Below are positions 1 to 9,442 of a stretch of 64,000 bases of DNA, piece after piece (position 1 is the stretch's first letter; each line of letters begins with the position of its first letter). This stretch comes from Verrucomicrobiia bacterium (GTDB lineage Bacteria; Verrucomicrobiota; Verrucomicrobiia; Limisphaerales; JADJPG01), in assembly GCA_035577805.1 (NCBI GenBank), contig DATLUX010000650.1, positions 16,943-80,942 of the forward strand, in the 5' to 3' direction. The position numbers and the translations under genes were made by a program. The notes beneath the pieces were generated by a model. The model saw nothing but the letters and a program-made list of their open reading frames with translations. It was not told the DNA's origin and did no database searches.

Positions 1-579
1 GATATCGGTTGGGATCCTGACGCGGTTGTGCGCCTGCTCCAGCGTCCCGAGGACGTGATCTGTGGCGTGTATCCGCAAAAGAAGGATGCGCTGTCGTTCC
101 CCGTGACACTCGAACTGGCGCCCGATGGCCAAATGATCGAGAAAGACGGGCTCTATCTCGCGCAACTCGCGCCGACCGGGTTCATGCGGATCAAGCGGCA
201 TGTCCTTGAACAAATGGCGCAGAAGGTCGGCAAGTACTACGAGACGGACATCTACGGGGAGCGACTGCTCCAGTTCAACATCTTCGAAGCCCGCTACGTC
301 GACACCGACATGGAGGCACTACGCAAGACCGACCTGGAGGATCTCACGCGGGAGGAAGCGATCGCGCACCTGAGACGGTCGCTTGGCCTTGTGGTATCGT
401 CGGATATCGGCGGCTGGTGGGGCGAGGATTACTGGTTCACTGAGCGGTGGCGCGAAATGGGCGGGAAGGTCTGGGTGGACCCGGAGATCAGGTTCACCCA
501 CCGCGGTTCGAAAGCATGGGGAGCGACGTTCGGTGACAGCATCCGGGCGACGCTGGCCAAGATGAAGGAGGCGGCGTGA
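1..579 (+). CDS. Glycosyltransferase-like (GT2-fold) phage protein, 5' truncated by window edge
   Basis: Frame open from base 1 (DIGWDPDAV); motifs GVYPQK, PTGFMRIKR and GEDYWF...GGKVWVDP...HRG are typical of phage GT2-like proteins. Confidence 0.65.
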   Translation, partial: DIGWDPDAVVRLLQRPEDVICGVYPQKKDALSFPVTLELAPDGQMIEKDGLYLAQLAPTGFMRIKRHVLEQMAQKVGKYYETDIYGERLLQFNIFEARYVDTDMEALRKTDLEDLTREEAIAHLRRSLGLVVSSDIGGWWGEDYWFTERWREMGGKVWVDPEIRFTHRGSKAWGATFGDSIRATLAKMKEAA

Positions 580-1016
580 TGTCGGACTTCAAACCGACGC
601 TCTGCGTCGATTTTGACGGTGTTATTCACAGCTACGAGAAGGGTTGGAAGGGCGGTGAGATTTACGGCTCTGTCGTCCCGGGCTTCTTCGAGTGGGCTAT
701 GGAGACACAAAAGCAATTCAAACTTGTCATTTACTCGTCTAGGTCAAAGACCGAAGAACTCCTTCGTGCCATGCAGGAATGGATGCACGAGCGATACGCC
801 GAGTGGGCGAAGGCAAATGATCTGGATAGTGCCGATGACATTCTGAGCGGTAAAAACGTCATCAGCATCGAGTTCGCCCACGAGAAGCCCGCTGCGTGGT
901 TGACGATTGACGATCGGGCAATCCACTTTAAGGGTGATTGGTCCGCGCCAGAGTTGACCGCGGATGCCATGCGGGCCTTCAAGCCTTGGAATGCGAACCG
1001 GGAGCAACCGACATGA
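576..1016 (+). CDS. HAD-superfamily phosphatase-like protein
   Basis: Motif I CVDFDGVIH, SSR motif II, KP...IDDRA motifs III/IV. Confidence 0.75.
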   Translation: MMSDFKPTLCVDFDGVIHSYEKGWKGGEIYGSVVPGFFEWAMETQKQFKLVIYSSRSKTEELLRAMQEWMHERYAEWAKANDLDSADDILSGKNVISIEFAHEKPAAWLTIDDRAIHFKGDWSAPELTADAMRAFKPWNANREQPT

Positions 1017-1228
1017 AATCGTCGACGAAGAAAGGCAACAAAGCCCGCTCGGTAGGTGCCGCCGTGCCGGCGACATTCTCTGATCACGACTGGCAGGCGA
1101 GAGAAGCTCTCTCTACCCTGAAACGGGCCGAAGAGATCAAACGAGACCCCAAGCTCATGGACGCCGTGAAGAAGCATGCGGCGACCGAGCGCGAGGTTCT
1201 CGGCAAGGTCATGAGGAGGAAGACTTGA
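1013..1228 (+). CDS. Hypothetical protein
   Basis: ATGA overlap with upstream gene, GGGAG upstream; basic helical product. Confidence 0.6.
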   Translation: MKSSTKKGNKARSVGAAVPATFSDHDWQAREALSTLKRAEEIKRDPKLMDAVKKHAATEREVLGKVMRRKT

Positions 1229-2028
1229 TCGACCAGCGTACGATGCAAAAGCCGGGCGAGGGCATCGTTCGTCCCGGCGGGTCGGCGACCGAACACCAGC
1301 GGTATCCGTTGCACATGAGGCACCCTGGGTTTCAACCGGGCATCCCGGACAAGGAAATCAAGGTTGTGGATGAGAACGGAAGGCCGACCGGACAACTGCT
1401 TTACAGGGGAAGCCAGCCAATCCGATATCCTGATGTGCTGGTGCATGACGCCGATACAGAGGCGCGTCACGCAGCGGATGGCTACCGACCACTCGGCAAA
1501 TCTGATCCTGCCGCGTTCGCCAAGGCAGTGGCCGCCGCGGTGCCGGTGAAGGACAGCTATCAGCCGGTCGAGTATCCGAAATGGGTCAACGGCAAGCTGT
1601 TCAACTCGGCCGAGGAAGAAGCCGCTGCGCTGGGCACCGAACCCCCGGGGGCATCCGCGCCGGGAGAGAACACCACAACCGACATCATCGTCGCTGAACA
1701 ATTCCGGCCGCCGTCCGAAGCGGAGAAGCGCCTCGATGTCGTGGAAAAGCGGTTGGACGGGATCGAAGACAAAATGAGCGCCGGCTTCGCGCAACTGGCC
1801 GCACTGCTGACAGGCGGTGCGCCGCAACCCGCCTCGCCGAGTTCGGAAATGCCGGTGGCCGCACCTGCGGTCGATACCGAGGTCAACATGCTGGAAGTTT
1901 TCCCAGTGCAGCAGCTTGAACCGCCACCGGTGATATTCCGCGAACCGACCGAACCGAAACAAACGCCCCAGCAGAAGCGGCTGGCCACCCTGGCTCGCAA
2001 GAAGGCCGAGCGCGAGGCGGCGAAATAG
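1225..2028 (+). CDS. Hypothetical phage protein
   Basis: 267-aa ORF with GAGGAG RBS; contains an EYPKWV motif seen in phage head-region proteins. Confidence 0.6.
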   Translation: MIDQRTMQKPGEGIVRPGGSATEHQRYPLHMRHPGFQPGIPDKEIKVVDENGRPTGQLLYRGSQPIRYPDVLVHDADTEARHAADGYRPLGKSDPAAFAKAVAAAVPVKDSYQPVEYPKWVNGKLFNSAEEEAAALGTEPPGASAPGENTTTDIIVAEQFRPPSEAEKRLDVVEKRLDGIEDKMSAGFAQLAALLTGGAPQPASPSSEMPVAAPAVDTEVNMLEVFPVQQLEPPPVIFREPTEPKQTPQQKRLATLARKKAEREAAK

Positions 2029-2081
2029 ACTGAGTGCTGACCCGCTACCAATCGGCCTGACAACTCGCTAATCTATCACCT

Positions 2082-2134
2082 GCGGACCGGCACGCGCCTC
2101 GCCGGGCGGCTCCATCATCGCCCGGATACCGCCC
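2082..2134 (+). promoter_or_regulatory. Two-hairpin leader element, copy 1
   Basis: CCGGC-ACGCGCCTC-GCCGG stem-loop overlapping a GGGCGG...CCGCCC stem that ends at the ATG; similar elements at 9384 and 26647. Confidence 0.5.
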
Positions 2135-2884
2135 ATGCCCGTCGTGACCGCCCGAGATATCATTCAGGACGCGCTCGAACTGATGGGCATCTACAGCCCA
2201 GGCGACACCATCAGCGCCGCCGATCTGAGCCGGTCGCTGTCAACGCTAAACGACATGATGGATGTGTGGTCGAACGAAAGCCTCGCCACCTTCGATTGGA
2301 TCACCCAGACCTTCCCGCTCGTTCCGGGGCAATTCCAATACACCATCGGACCGGCCTCGCTGAATCCGGACATCGTCGGCGAGCGACCGTTGCGCGTGAG
2401 CGATGCACCGGGCTCGGCCTATCTGCTCGACAACAACCTCAACCGCTACCTGATGGACGTGGTCGATCAGCTTACGTGGAACATCCAGACCACGGCGGTC
2501 GCCAACTCCGATCTGCCGGACCATCTGTTCTACGACCCGCAATTTCCGCTCGGCATCATCAATGTGTGGCCCACGCCGTCGGTCGGCTACACCTGCTCGT
2601 TTCTGTCCTACCACCAGCTTGGCAATTTCCAGAGCGCGGCGACGGTGTTCAGCCTGCCGCCCGGCTACAAACGCGCGGTCACCACCAATCTGTGCCTGTC
2701 TCTCAAGCCCTACTTTGTCAGCGGTACGCTGGACCCGCTGGTCATCCTGGAGGCGAAGGAGACGAAGGGAATCGTAAAACGTAATAACATGCGCACCCAG
2801 GTGGCCGTGTTCGATCCGGAACTCGTGAGCCGAGGAAATCAGGTCTACAATATTTACTCGGATCGTGGGACCGGGCGTAACTGA
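2135..2884 (+). CDS. Head-to-tail adaptor (P22 gp4-like packaged DNA stabilization protein)
   Basis: TARDIIQDAL...LNDMMDVWS, YDPQFPLG.I.VWPTP and LPPGY motifs; lies directly before the gp10-like gene. Confidence 0.75.
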   Translation: MPVVTARDIIQDALELMGIYSPGDTISAADLSRSLSTLNDMMDVWSNESLATFDWITQTFPLVPGQFQYTIGPASLNPDIVGERPLRVSDAPGSAYLLDNNLNRYLMDVVDQLTWNIQTTAVANSDLPDHLFYDPQFPLGIINVWPTPSVGYTCSFLSYHQLGNFQSAATVFSLPPGYKRAVTTNLCLSLKPYFVSGTLDPLVILEAKETKGIVKRNNMRTQVAVFDPELVSRGNQVYNIYSDRGTGRN

Positions 2885-5169
2885 TGCCGAAGTCCCCAAT
2901 ACTTGGCGGCTTCTCGACGCAGCGCAGCCCGAACGCGGCCGATAACGAAGCAATCAACATCATCGCCGAGGTGATCGAGACCAAGGACGGGAAAGTCCCT
3001 GGGTTCCTGTTCCTCGCGTCCGGCCTCGATCTGGTCGTCACGGTCGGCGATGGGCCGATCCGGGGCGTGCTGCCGTTGGGCAACTTGCTCTACGTCGTTT
3101 CCGGCCAGGAGGTGTGGAGCGTTACCACCGGGTTGGTGAAAACGCTGTGCGGGACCATCGGCGACCAGGACACGCCGGTATCGATGTTTCAGAACACCCG
3201 CCAGCTTATGATCGTCGATGGGGTCGGTGGGTGGATCGTCCCTGGCGGTTACCCTTTGACTGGCGGCACGATCAATCTCCATGGCGGCCTGTACGCGGTC
3301 AACGATACCGTCACGCTGCAGGCGAACAGCGGGGTACAGACCTCCTACCCGATCATCACCATCACTGCGATCGCGGACAATCCGATCACCACCTATACGC
3401 TGGCCAACGCTGGCACGACCTATGCGACCGCCAGCGGCGTGGCGACGACAGCCATTCAACCGCATCCGGGGGGCGGAAGCGGTCTGACCATCAATGTGAC
3501 GGCGGCGGGCGCGGGCATCACCGCAGCGACACTGGGCGCGGGCGGGACCGGGTATGCGGTCGGCGACACGGGGATTATCACCAGCGGGTCGCGGGATGCC
3601 GTTTACCGGGTGACAGGGGTTTCCGGTGGCGTTGTGACCACGTTCGTCCTGCTGAACCGCGGGACCGCCTACAGCACCCTGGCGACGGCCTCCACACAGG
3701 CGGCTCCGGGGATCCAAAATAACCTCGGTGTCGGTTTCACGCTGAACATCACAGCGGCGGGGCCGATCACGGCGTCTGTTCTGGCGAACGGCGGCCACGG
3801 CTACGTCATCGGCGCGGCCGGGTTCGTCTCGGGTGGCACGGGCGACGCCACGTATCTCGTCACTGGCGTTGGTCCAACCGGATCGGTGATCGCGTTCACG
3901 ATCACACAGCCAGGGGCGATCGACACGCCGGCGACGCTCTTTTCACAGAGAGCCACCTCTGGATCTGGTTCCGGCCTAACCCTGACAAGTCCGTCATTTG
4001 GTTCATTTGTCGGTCTCATCCCGGTCGATCTACCGTTCCCCAACCCGATCGTCGGCGGGATCAGCGATGGCTTCGGCGTGCTTGTGTTCCTCGGGCAGCA
4101 GAATGTGGCGGCATCCGAGTCCCTGGACCTTTCGACGTGGCCAGCGCTGAGTTTTGGGCTGGCAAACCAGTCGCCGGACAATACGATCAGCCTCCATGTC
4201 ATCCATGACGAGGTGTTCGTCCTCAAAACCGACAACACCGAGGTCTGGGTGGATCAGGGGCTGCCGAATTTCCCATTCGCGCCGATCACCAGCGTCCACA
4301 TCGAGACGGGTTGCATGGCGCCGTTCTCGCCGGCGACGGTCGGCGAGGAATTGGTTTGGCTGTCCCGTAACAATCAGGGCCAAGGCATCGTGGTCGCTGC
4401 CAAGGGCTACCGTGTGACGACCATTTCGACGCAGGCGATGACTGCTGAATTCGACAAATATCCCAATCTCGGCGATGCGATCGGTTACGCGAGACAGGAA
4501 GGCGGCCACGAATACTACGTGCTGACTTTCCCCGAAGCGGACAAGACCTGGGAGTACGATCAAACCGCCTCTGCCTTGGTCGGGTATCCTCTCTGGCACC
4601 GTCTGGCCGCGTTCGACAATGGCGAATTCAAGCGCCATTGGGGGAATGCCTGGACGCCGTGGCGTGGCTCCGGAACGCTCGCGCAAACCAACAGCGCGTA
4701 TTCGCCCGAAGCGGTCAAAATCACCGACCCGACCGAACTTGACACTCTGACCGGATTGAATGGCCTGCCGATCAGCTTCTCGACGGCGATGTTTTCGGTC
4801 TGGCTTGATTTGTCGGATGCTGCGGCGACGGGGCTTATTTTCAGCAACCAGGGCGCAGGTGCGACACCCGGAATGGAAATCGTCATTCAGAACGATAGCA
4901 CGGGAACGCCGCAAATCACCGTGTCAGCATGGGATGGGGATGCGAACCCGATCGTGGTGGCGACATACAATTTCGCCACTTGGACCACTTGGGTGAACGT
5001 GATGATGGCGATCGACACCGCGAACCAGGACATCGAGGTGTATGCCAACACTGTAATCTCGGGCTTGCTGGTCGAAAGTCGACTGACGGCGGCCTCGTTG
5101 ACGTGGTCGTCGAGCAATCCGATCGCGCCCGCCGCCGACCATGCGTGGAAAGTCGAGGTCGTGACATGA
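2884..5169 (+). CDS. Tail hub/head-closure protein (P22 gp10-like), N-terminal and middle part, with Gly/Thr-rich and LamG-like insertions
   Basis: GPIRG, TEVW, IETGC.AP.S, ISTQA, Y.QEGGHEYYVLTFP..DKTW.YD and WH motifs of the gp10 family; the family C-terminus is missing from this ORF. Confidence 0.8.
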   Translation: MPKSPILGGFSTQRSPNAADNEAINIIAEVIETKDGKVPGFLFLASGLDLVVTVGDGPIRGVLPLGNLLYVVSGQEVWSVTTGLVKTLCGTIGDQDTPVSMFQNTRQLMIVDGVGGWIVPGGYPLTGGTINLHGGLYAVNDTVTLQANSGVQTSYPIITITAIADNPITTYTLANAGTTYATASGVATTAIQPHPGGGSGLTINVTAAGAGITAATLGAGGTGYAVGDTGIITSGSRDAVYRVTGVSGGVVTTFVLLNRGTAYSTLATASTQAAPGIQNNLGVGFTLNITAAGPITASVLANGGHGYVIGAAGFVSGGTGDATYLVTGVGPTGSVIAFTITQPGAIDTPATLFSQRATSGSGSGLTLTSPSFGSFVGLIPVDLPFPNPIVGGISDGFGVLVFLGQQNVAASESLDLSTWPALSFGLANQSPDNTISLHVIHDEVFVLKTDNTEVWVDQGLPNFPFAPITSVHIETGCMAPFSPATVGEELVWLSRNNQGQGIVVAAKGYRVTTISTQAMTAEFDKYPNLGDAIGYARQEGGHEYYVLTFPEADKTWEYDQTASALVGYPLWHRLAAFDNGEFKRHWGNAWTPWRGSGTLAQTNSAYSPEAVKITDPTELDTLTGLNGLPISFSTAMFSVWLDLSDAAATGLIFSNQGAGATPGMEIVIQNDSTGTPQITVSAWDGDANPIVVATYNFATWTTWVNVMMAIDTANQDIEVYANTVISGLLVESRLTAASLTWSSSNPIAPAADHAWKVEVVT

Positions 5170-7118
5170 GTATCGTCGCGCTTAAATGGGTCTCGTTCTC
5201 GGTCAGTCAACTTGATCCTCTGGTGGTCGATGTCGATCCAAATCTGCCACGCGGCGGCGTTCAGACTTCGAACAATGTCGTCGGACAGTCTTACAATGGC
5301 AGCAACATAAAGGCGGTAAAGTGGTTAGGTACGGCCGTCACGGCGCTGGATGACGTTTCGCCTGGAGGCGATACGCAAGCAATAAACATTTCAACAGATA
5401 GTTCAATTATTTATGGTTGGAGCGATTTCATGTCCGCGCAGCCGGTCCGATGGACCGGTGGCGGAACAACCGGGACCATATTGCTGCCGTTCGCGGGATA
5501 TTCGGGCACCCAGGTTGCCGCTGGACTAGGCGGTTCACTGTTTAATTACCGGGCCATGTCCGATAATGGACGTTACGTCGTGGGCACCAGCACGGGTGGC
5601 CCCGGACTTATCAATCGAGCAACGATCTGGGACAATGGTACGCCCGCACTATTGCCTGATCCAACGGGTGCCACGGTTGATTCGACGACCAGCGCATCAT
5701 CGTGCGACTCGACGGGCGCGACGGTTGTTGGCTTCGCCGGGTTCACTTATTTCGGGGGCGACGGCGCTTGTTTCTGGTATGGGGGGGCATGCTATCCTCT
5801 CCCGGGGTTGCCGTTTGGCACGAGTAATGGCGTCTCGTCTTTCGCTCGCGTCTGCACCACAGGAACAACGCCGAGCGGCGGGTTGATTTATGGTGGGATC
5901 GACAATCCTACTGGCAACCCCAACATCGGACCATGCTATTGGGACAGCCTGACAACGACGACGGCGCATAACGGCGTTACATTCTACGGCGTTTGCCATG
6001 TCCTGGATCGGTTTCCGGGCGGCCCGCCAGGAAGTATAAACGGAATTGCCGCTGGAGTTCCAACCGGAGTTGCCGTAGGCCAAATGCAGGATGCCGGCGG
6101 CGATAACTGGGCAGTCCGTTGGGATGGAACGACAGCGACCAACCTGGGCGCTCTTCCGGGCGGTGGGGAGTCAACCGCGACTGGGGTGTCCGATGATGGC
6201 ACGATCGTTTGCGGATGGTCGTTCGAGGATGGCTTTACACAAAAGTGGCCGGTCTATTGGGACGCTGCGAACGTCATTCACAAGCTACCGACCGTCGCGG
6301 ACTTTGGAGATTTTTTTCAGGGCGAAGCATTGGGAATTTCGCCGGATGGGACGTTGATCTGGGGGGATGGTGACGCACCGACTGGTCCGCCGCCGACTGA
6401 CAAAACCGCTACTGTGGCCGATCTCTGGTTTGGCCAAACCGGTGATTTCGTTGATCTCACGGTAGAGGCCAATCGGCGGAATTTCATTTCAGCGACCGGT
6501 GGTGCACGGTTCTTGGGTGTCACCGGAGAAAACCCCTTTGGTGTTACGCCACCGCTCTTTCTCACCCGAGACGGTGCGGCGACGACGTTCACGGTCAACA
6601 ATGGGCGTGGTGGTCCATTCAGTATTTCAAGCGGAACGCTTGGTGATCCCGCGACAAACCCGCCTGGCTCGTCCACCAGCACGACCGTCTTCACGCCAGC
6701 CGCCGCTGGCCGCGGCGTCCTCGGCGATTACCGGAATGGGAACCTGTATGCCTTCAATCCGGCGACCCTGACGGACAACGGTACGCAAAGACGCTGGCTG
6801 CGCCGGTGGCGGGCGCTCCCAGCGACGACGAACCAGGCGGTGCGGTTCCACTGGTTGAGCGTGGACATGCAGACCGGCGCGGGCATCGTGCCGGATGCAA
6901 GGCCGCAGGTGGTCCTGCGGTGGAGTGATGACGGCGGTCACACATTCAGTGATGAGAGGATTATCCCCGTGGGCCGTGAAGGAGAAACCAATTTCACCGT
7001 GAAGGCGAATAGACTGGGTGCCACTCGCCGCTTTAGTGGCGCGGACCGAATTTTCGAATTGTCATCGTCTGATCCGTTCGTTACGGCAATCCTCGATGCG
7101 GAGGTCGATGTCTCATGA
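5166..7118 (+). CDS. HAF-repeat/LamG-half protein carrying the gp10-like C-terminal part
   Basis: ATG 5166 overlaps the upstream TGA; HAF-like repeats (ATGVSDDGTIVCG, ALGISPDG); C-terminus GDYRNGNLY...LRWSDDGGHTFS...RLG...RIFELSSSDP is gp10-like. Confidence 0.75.
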   Translation: MSIVALKWVSFSVSQLDPLVVDVDPNLPRGGVQTSNNVVGQSYNGSNIKAVKWLGTAVTALDDVSPGGDTQAINISTDSSIIYGWSDFMSAQPVRWTGGGTTGTILLPFAGYSGTQVAAGLGGSLFNYRAMSDNGRYVVGTSTGGPGLINRATIWDNGTPALLPDPTGATVDSTTSASSCDSTGATVVGFAGFTYFGGDGACFWYGGACYPLPGLPFGTSNGVSSFARVCTTGTTPSGGLIYGGIDNPTGNPNIGPCYWDSLTTTTAHNGVTFYGVCHVLDRFPGGPPGSINGIAAGVPTGVAVGQMQDAGGDNWAVRWDGTTATNLGALPGGGESTATGVSDDGTIVCGWSFEDGFTQKWPVYWDAANVIHKLPTVADFGDFFQGEALGISPDGTLIWGDGDAPTGPPPTDKTATVADLWFGQTGDFVDLTVEANRRNFISATGGARFLGVTGENPFGVTPPLFLTRDGAATTFTVNNGRGGPFSISSGTLGDPATNPPGSSTSTTVFTPAAAGRGVLGDYRNGNLYAFNPATLTDNGTQRRWLRRWRALPATTNQAVRFHWLSVDMQTGAGIVPDARPQVVLRWSDDGGHTFSDERIIPVGREGETNFTVKANRLGATRRFSGADRIFELSSSDPFVTAILDAEVDVS

Positions 7119-7678
7119 AAAACTTCACGCTGATTGCCGAAGGTGTCGACGTGGCGCCGCTGCTCGCGGAACTCGATGCGCACCCCGAACTGTGGAACGA
7201 AAACCCTGGCCGTCTGATGGGGGTGGGCCCGCATCGAGAAACGTCGGACATTTGGGTTCGTTACCGCGCCCGCGAGGAATTGCGCGAGCCCGAGGACTAT
7301 CGGACCGAGCATAGATCGGTCTGGTATCCGGCCGCGGAAATCCTGCCGTCGATGCGCCGCACCGTGATCGCGATGATCGCTCCGATCCTCGCCGAAAGTC
7401 CGCGGCTGCGCCTTGGTGGCGTGCTGATGACCAAGATCCCGGCCGGGCGCAACGTGTACCCGCATCACGATCTGGGCACATGGCACAGCGAGTACTACAC
7501 GACCAAGCTGTGGATGCCGCTGCGGGCGAACGATCAATGCTTCAACACCAGTGAGGATGAGACGGTGGTCATGCGGCCTGGGTCGGTCTGGACATTCAAC
7601 AACCTATTGGTGCACAGCGTCCACAACCAAGGCGACACGGAGCGGATCGCGCTCATTGTCTGCACAAGGAGATTATGA
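7115..7678 (+). CDS. Aspartyl/asparaginyl beta-hydroxylase-like 2OG-Fe(II) oxygenase
   Basis: PHHD...HSVHNQGDTERIALIV (HxD...H...R pattern). Confidence 0.8.
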   Translation: MKNFTLIAEGVDVAPLLAELDAHPELWNENPGRLMGVGPHRETSDIWVRYRAREELREPEDYRTEHRSVWYPAAEILPSMRRTVIAMIAPILAESPRLRLGGVLMTKIPAGRNVYPHHDLGTWHSEYYTTKLWMPLRANDQCFNTSEDETVVMRPGSVWTFNNLLVHSVHNQGDTERIALIVCTRRL

Positions 7679-8073
7679 TGCCAGCAGTTTCGGTCGGACC
7701 ATCGGTGATCAAGGCGGCCATGGACCCAGCGCTTCCCTCTCAATTCGTTCGCCACCCTGAACAGCCCAACACCGTTTCTTTTGAAATGGTCGATGGCATA
7801 GGCATCGTCGCGACCTTGATCCATTGTGCCGGAACCTACATTCCGCAGCACGCGCATAATTACCCGCATACTTCGGTGATCGCTTCCGGAAAGGTGGCGG
7901 TGTGGAAAGATAGCTCCTACCTGGGCGAGTTCGTTTCTCCCCAGCAAATCGTCATCGACGCCAAGGTGAAGCATCTGTTTCAGGCATTGGAGGATAAGAC
8001 GGTCATCTTGTGTGTGCATAATGTGAGCCGCAACGGAGAGATCGAGATCTTTGAGGAAAACGGCATCGTTTAA
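7675..8073 (+). CDS. Cupin-domain protein
   Basis: PQHAHNYPH...G.V...KHLFQALED...CVH. Confidence 0.7.
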   Translation: MMPAVSVGPSVIKAAMDPALPSQFVRHPEQPNTVSFEMVDGIGIVATLIHCAGTYIPQHAHNYPHTSVIASGKVAVWKDSSYLGEFVSPQQIVIDAKVKHLFQALEDKTVILCVHNVSRNGEIEIFEENGIV

Positions 8074-8987
8074 TGGCCGACAAGCCGAATATCCTTCAGC
8101 CGCGGGAGCCGTTCCTCGACGGACGTGGCGAACCCGACCGGGACGGGAAGATCAAACCTGAAACGATGGGCGTCAGCCGTGGTTGGTGGCGCTACCTGAA
8201 CGACATCACCAATCTGTCCGGCCGGTTGCTCAACCCCCTGGTGATCGGCGCGAACAGCTTCTTCAACGCGACGTCGATCACCGACGGCGGGACGCTGGAA
8301 CCAGCCAACAGCCCGTCGCGCACCCTTCTGGGCAATAGCCAGGGCACCGAGGCGCCTGCCACACCGCAGACCGTCGCTCCGTCTCTTTCGTTCGAAAACG
8401 GCACCCTGGCGGCGGCGAATTTGGCGGCGCGCACCCTCGCTGGCAATCCTTTGGGGGTTGCCGCCCCAGTGTCGGAAATCTTTGTCGGCGAGAATTTGTC
8501 GCTCGATGGCAATATCCTGAACGCGACAGAGGGAACAGCCACGACGGCGGGAAGCGAACTGGCGTTCACGATCCGTGATGAAAGAGGAGAGGTCGATACC
8601 CTGCGGCGTCAGGTCAGCAACATCGAAACCCTGACCTTCATGGGAATGGAACATCGTAACAGCGGTTCGATCCTTCCTCTGGCCACATTGACCAGCGCGG
8701 CGACGATCACGCCGGATTTTGCCATCTCCCACAACTTCGTGTGCACGCTGACCATGAACGGAACGCTGGCTTTCCCGACGAATGTCGCAGGCGGCATGGA
8801 AGGCAATATCGAGATCGTGAACGGAACCACCGCCGCCTTCACCTTGTCGATCAATTCCGGCTACCAAAAGGCGGGAGGTGGTGCGATCACCATCACACCG
8901 ACCGCGGCGGCGCGCGATGTCTTCGAACTCTACGTGTGCAATGGTGGCGCGGTCATCGCGACCAACCCGCTGCTGAACATTTCCTAA
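8073..8987 (+). CDS. Putative virion structural protein
   Basis: W.RYL motif, two TL.GN repeats shared with the tail fibre, beta-rich C-terminus. Confidence 0.55.
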   Translation: MADKPNILQPREPFLDGRGEPDRDGKIKPETMGVSRGWWRYLNDITNLSGRLLNPLVIGANSFFNATSITDGGTLEPANSPSRTLLGNSQGTEAPATPQTVAPSLSFENGTLAAANLAARTLAGNPLGVAAPVSEIFVGENLSLDGNILNATEGTATTAGSELAFTIRDERGEVDTLRRQVSNIETLTFMGMEHRNSGSILPLATLTSAATITPDFAISHNFVCTLTMNGTLAFPTNVAGGMEGNIEIVNGTTAAFTLSINSGYQKAGGGAITITPTAAARDVFELYVCNGGAVIATNPLLNIS

Positions 8988-8999
8988 AAGGATGCCACA

Positions 9000-9341
9000 A
9001 TGACGGTCCAGGTCGTCCAACTCTTCCCGCCGACCACGCTGACCACGACAGCGGCGACGCTCTACACGGTGACCACCGTCCCGACGCAAATCCTTCTCGC
9101 TCGAGGTCGGATCCGGTTCACCAACACCGATACGGTCTCGCGCGCGGTGACCGCGTACGGCATTCCGTCGGGTGGTGCGGCCACGGTCACCAACACATTT
9201 TGTCCGGCATTAGTGGTCGCGCCGAACAGCGTTCTCGATGTCGACGTCCCTGTTCTCGCGGCCGGTGGGTTTATCCAGGCGAAGATCGATTCAGGTTCGG
9301 CGGTCGAGGCAAGCGCCCTCGACGGCATACTTTTCTCCTGA
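9000..9341 (+). CDS. Putative small virion protein
   Basis: AAAGGA RBS; beta-rich 113 aa (TLYT...FTNTD...L.AGGFIQA) typical of podovirus tail region. Confidence 0.6.
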   Translation: MTVQVVQLFPPTTLTTTAATLYTVTTVPTQILLARGRIRFTNTDTVSRAVTAYGIPSGGAATVTNTFCPALVVAPNSVLDVDVPVLAAGGFIQAKIDSGSAVEASALDGILFS

Positions 9342-9383
9342 TTGCTTCCACTTCCGACCAAATGCTAACCTGACATCGCCGAA

Positions 9384-9442
9384 CCGGGACGGGCCTCCCC
9401 GGGTGTCTCCTTTCTGTGGCGCATCGCGCTGGGGATACTCGA
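9384..9442 (+). promoter_or_regulatory. Two-hairpin leader element, copy 2
   Basis: CCGGG-ACGGGCCTC-CCCGG overlapping CGGGTGTCTCC...GGGGATACTCG just before ATG 9443; TTGCTT-16nt-GCTAACC promoter-like sequence upstream. Confidence 0.5.

Noticed and set aside
4929-5165. Upstream extension of the 729-aa ORF
   Set aside because: Overlaps the upstream gene and reads as off-frame sequence; ATG 5166 with GAGG and ATGA coupling is the better start
4663-6713. Intron or intein in the gp10-like gene
   Set aside because: No intein C/S...HN termini, maturase or endonuclease; the insert encodes ordinary beta-rich virion domains
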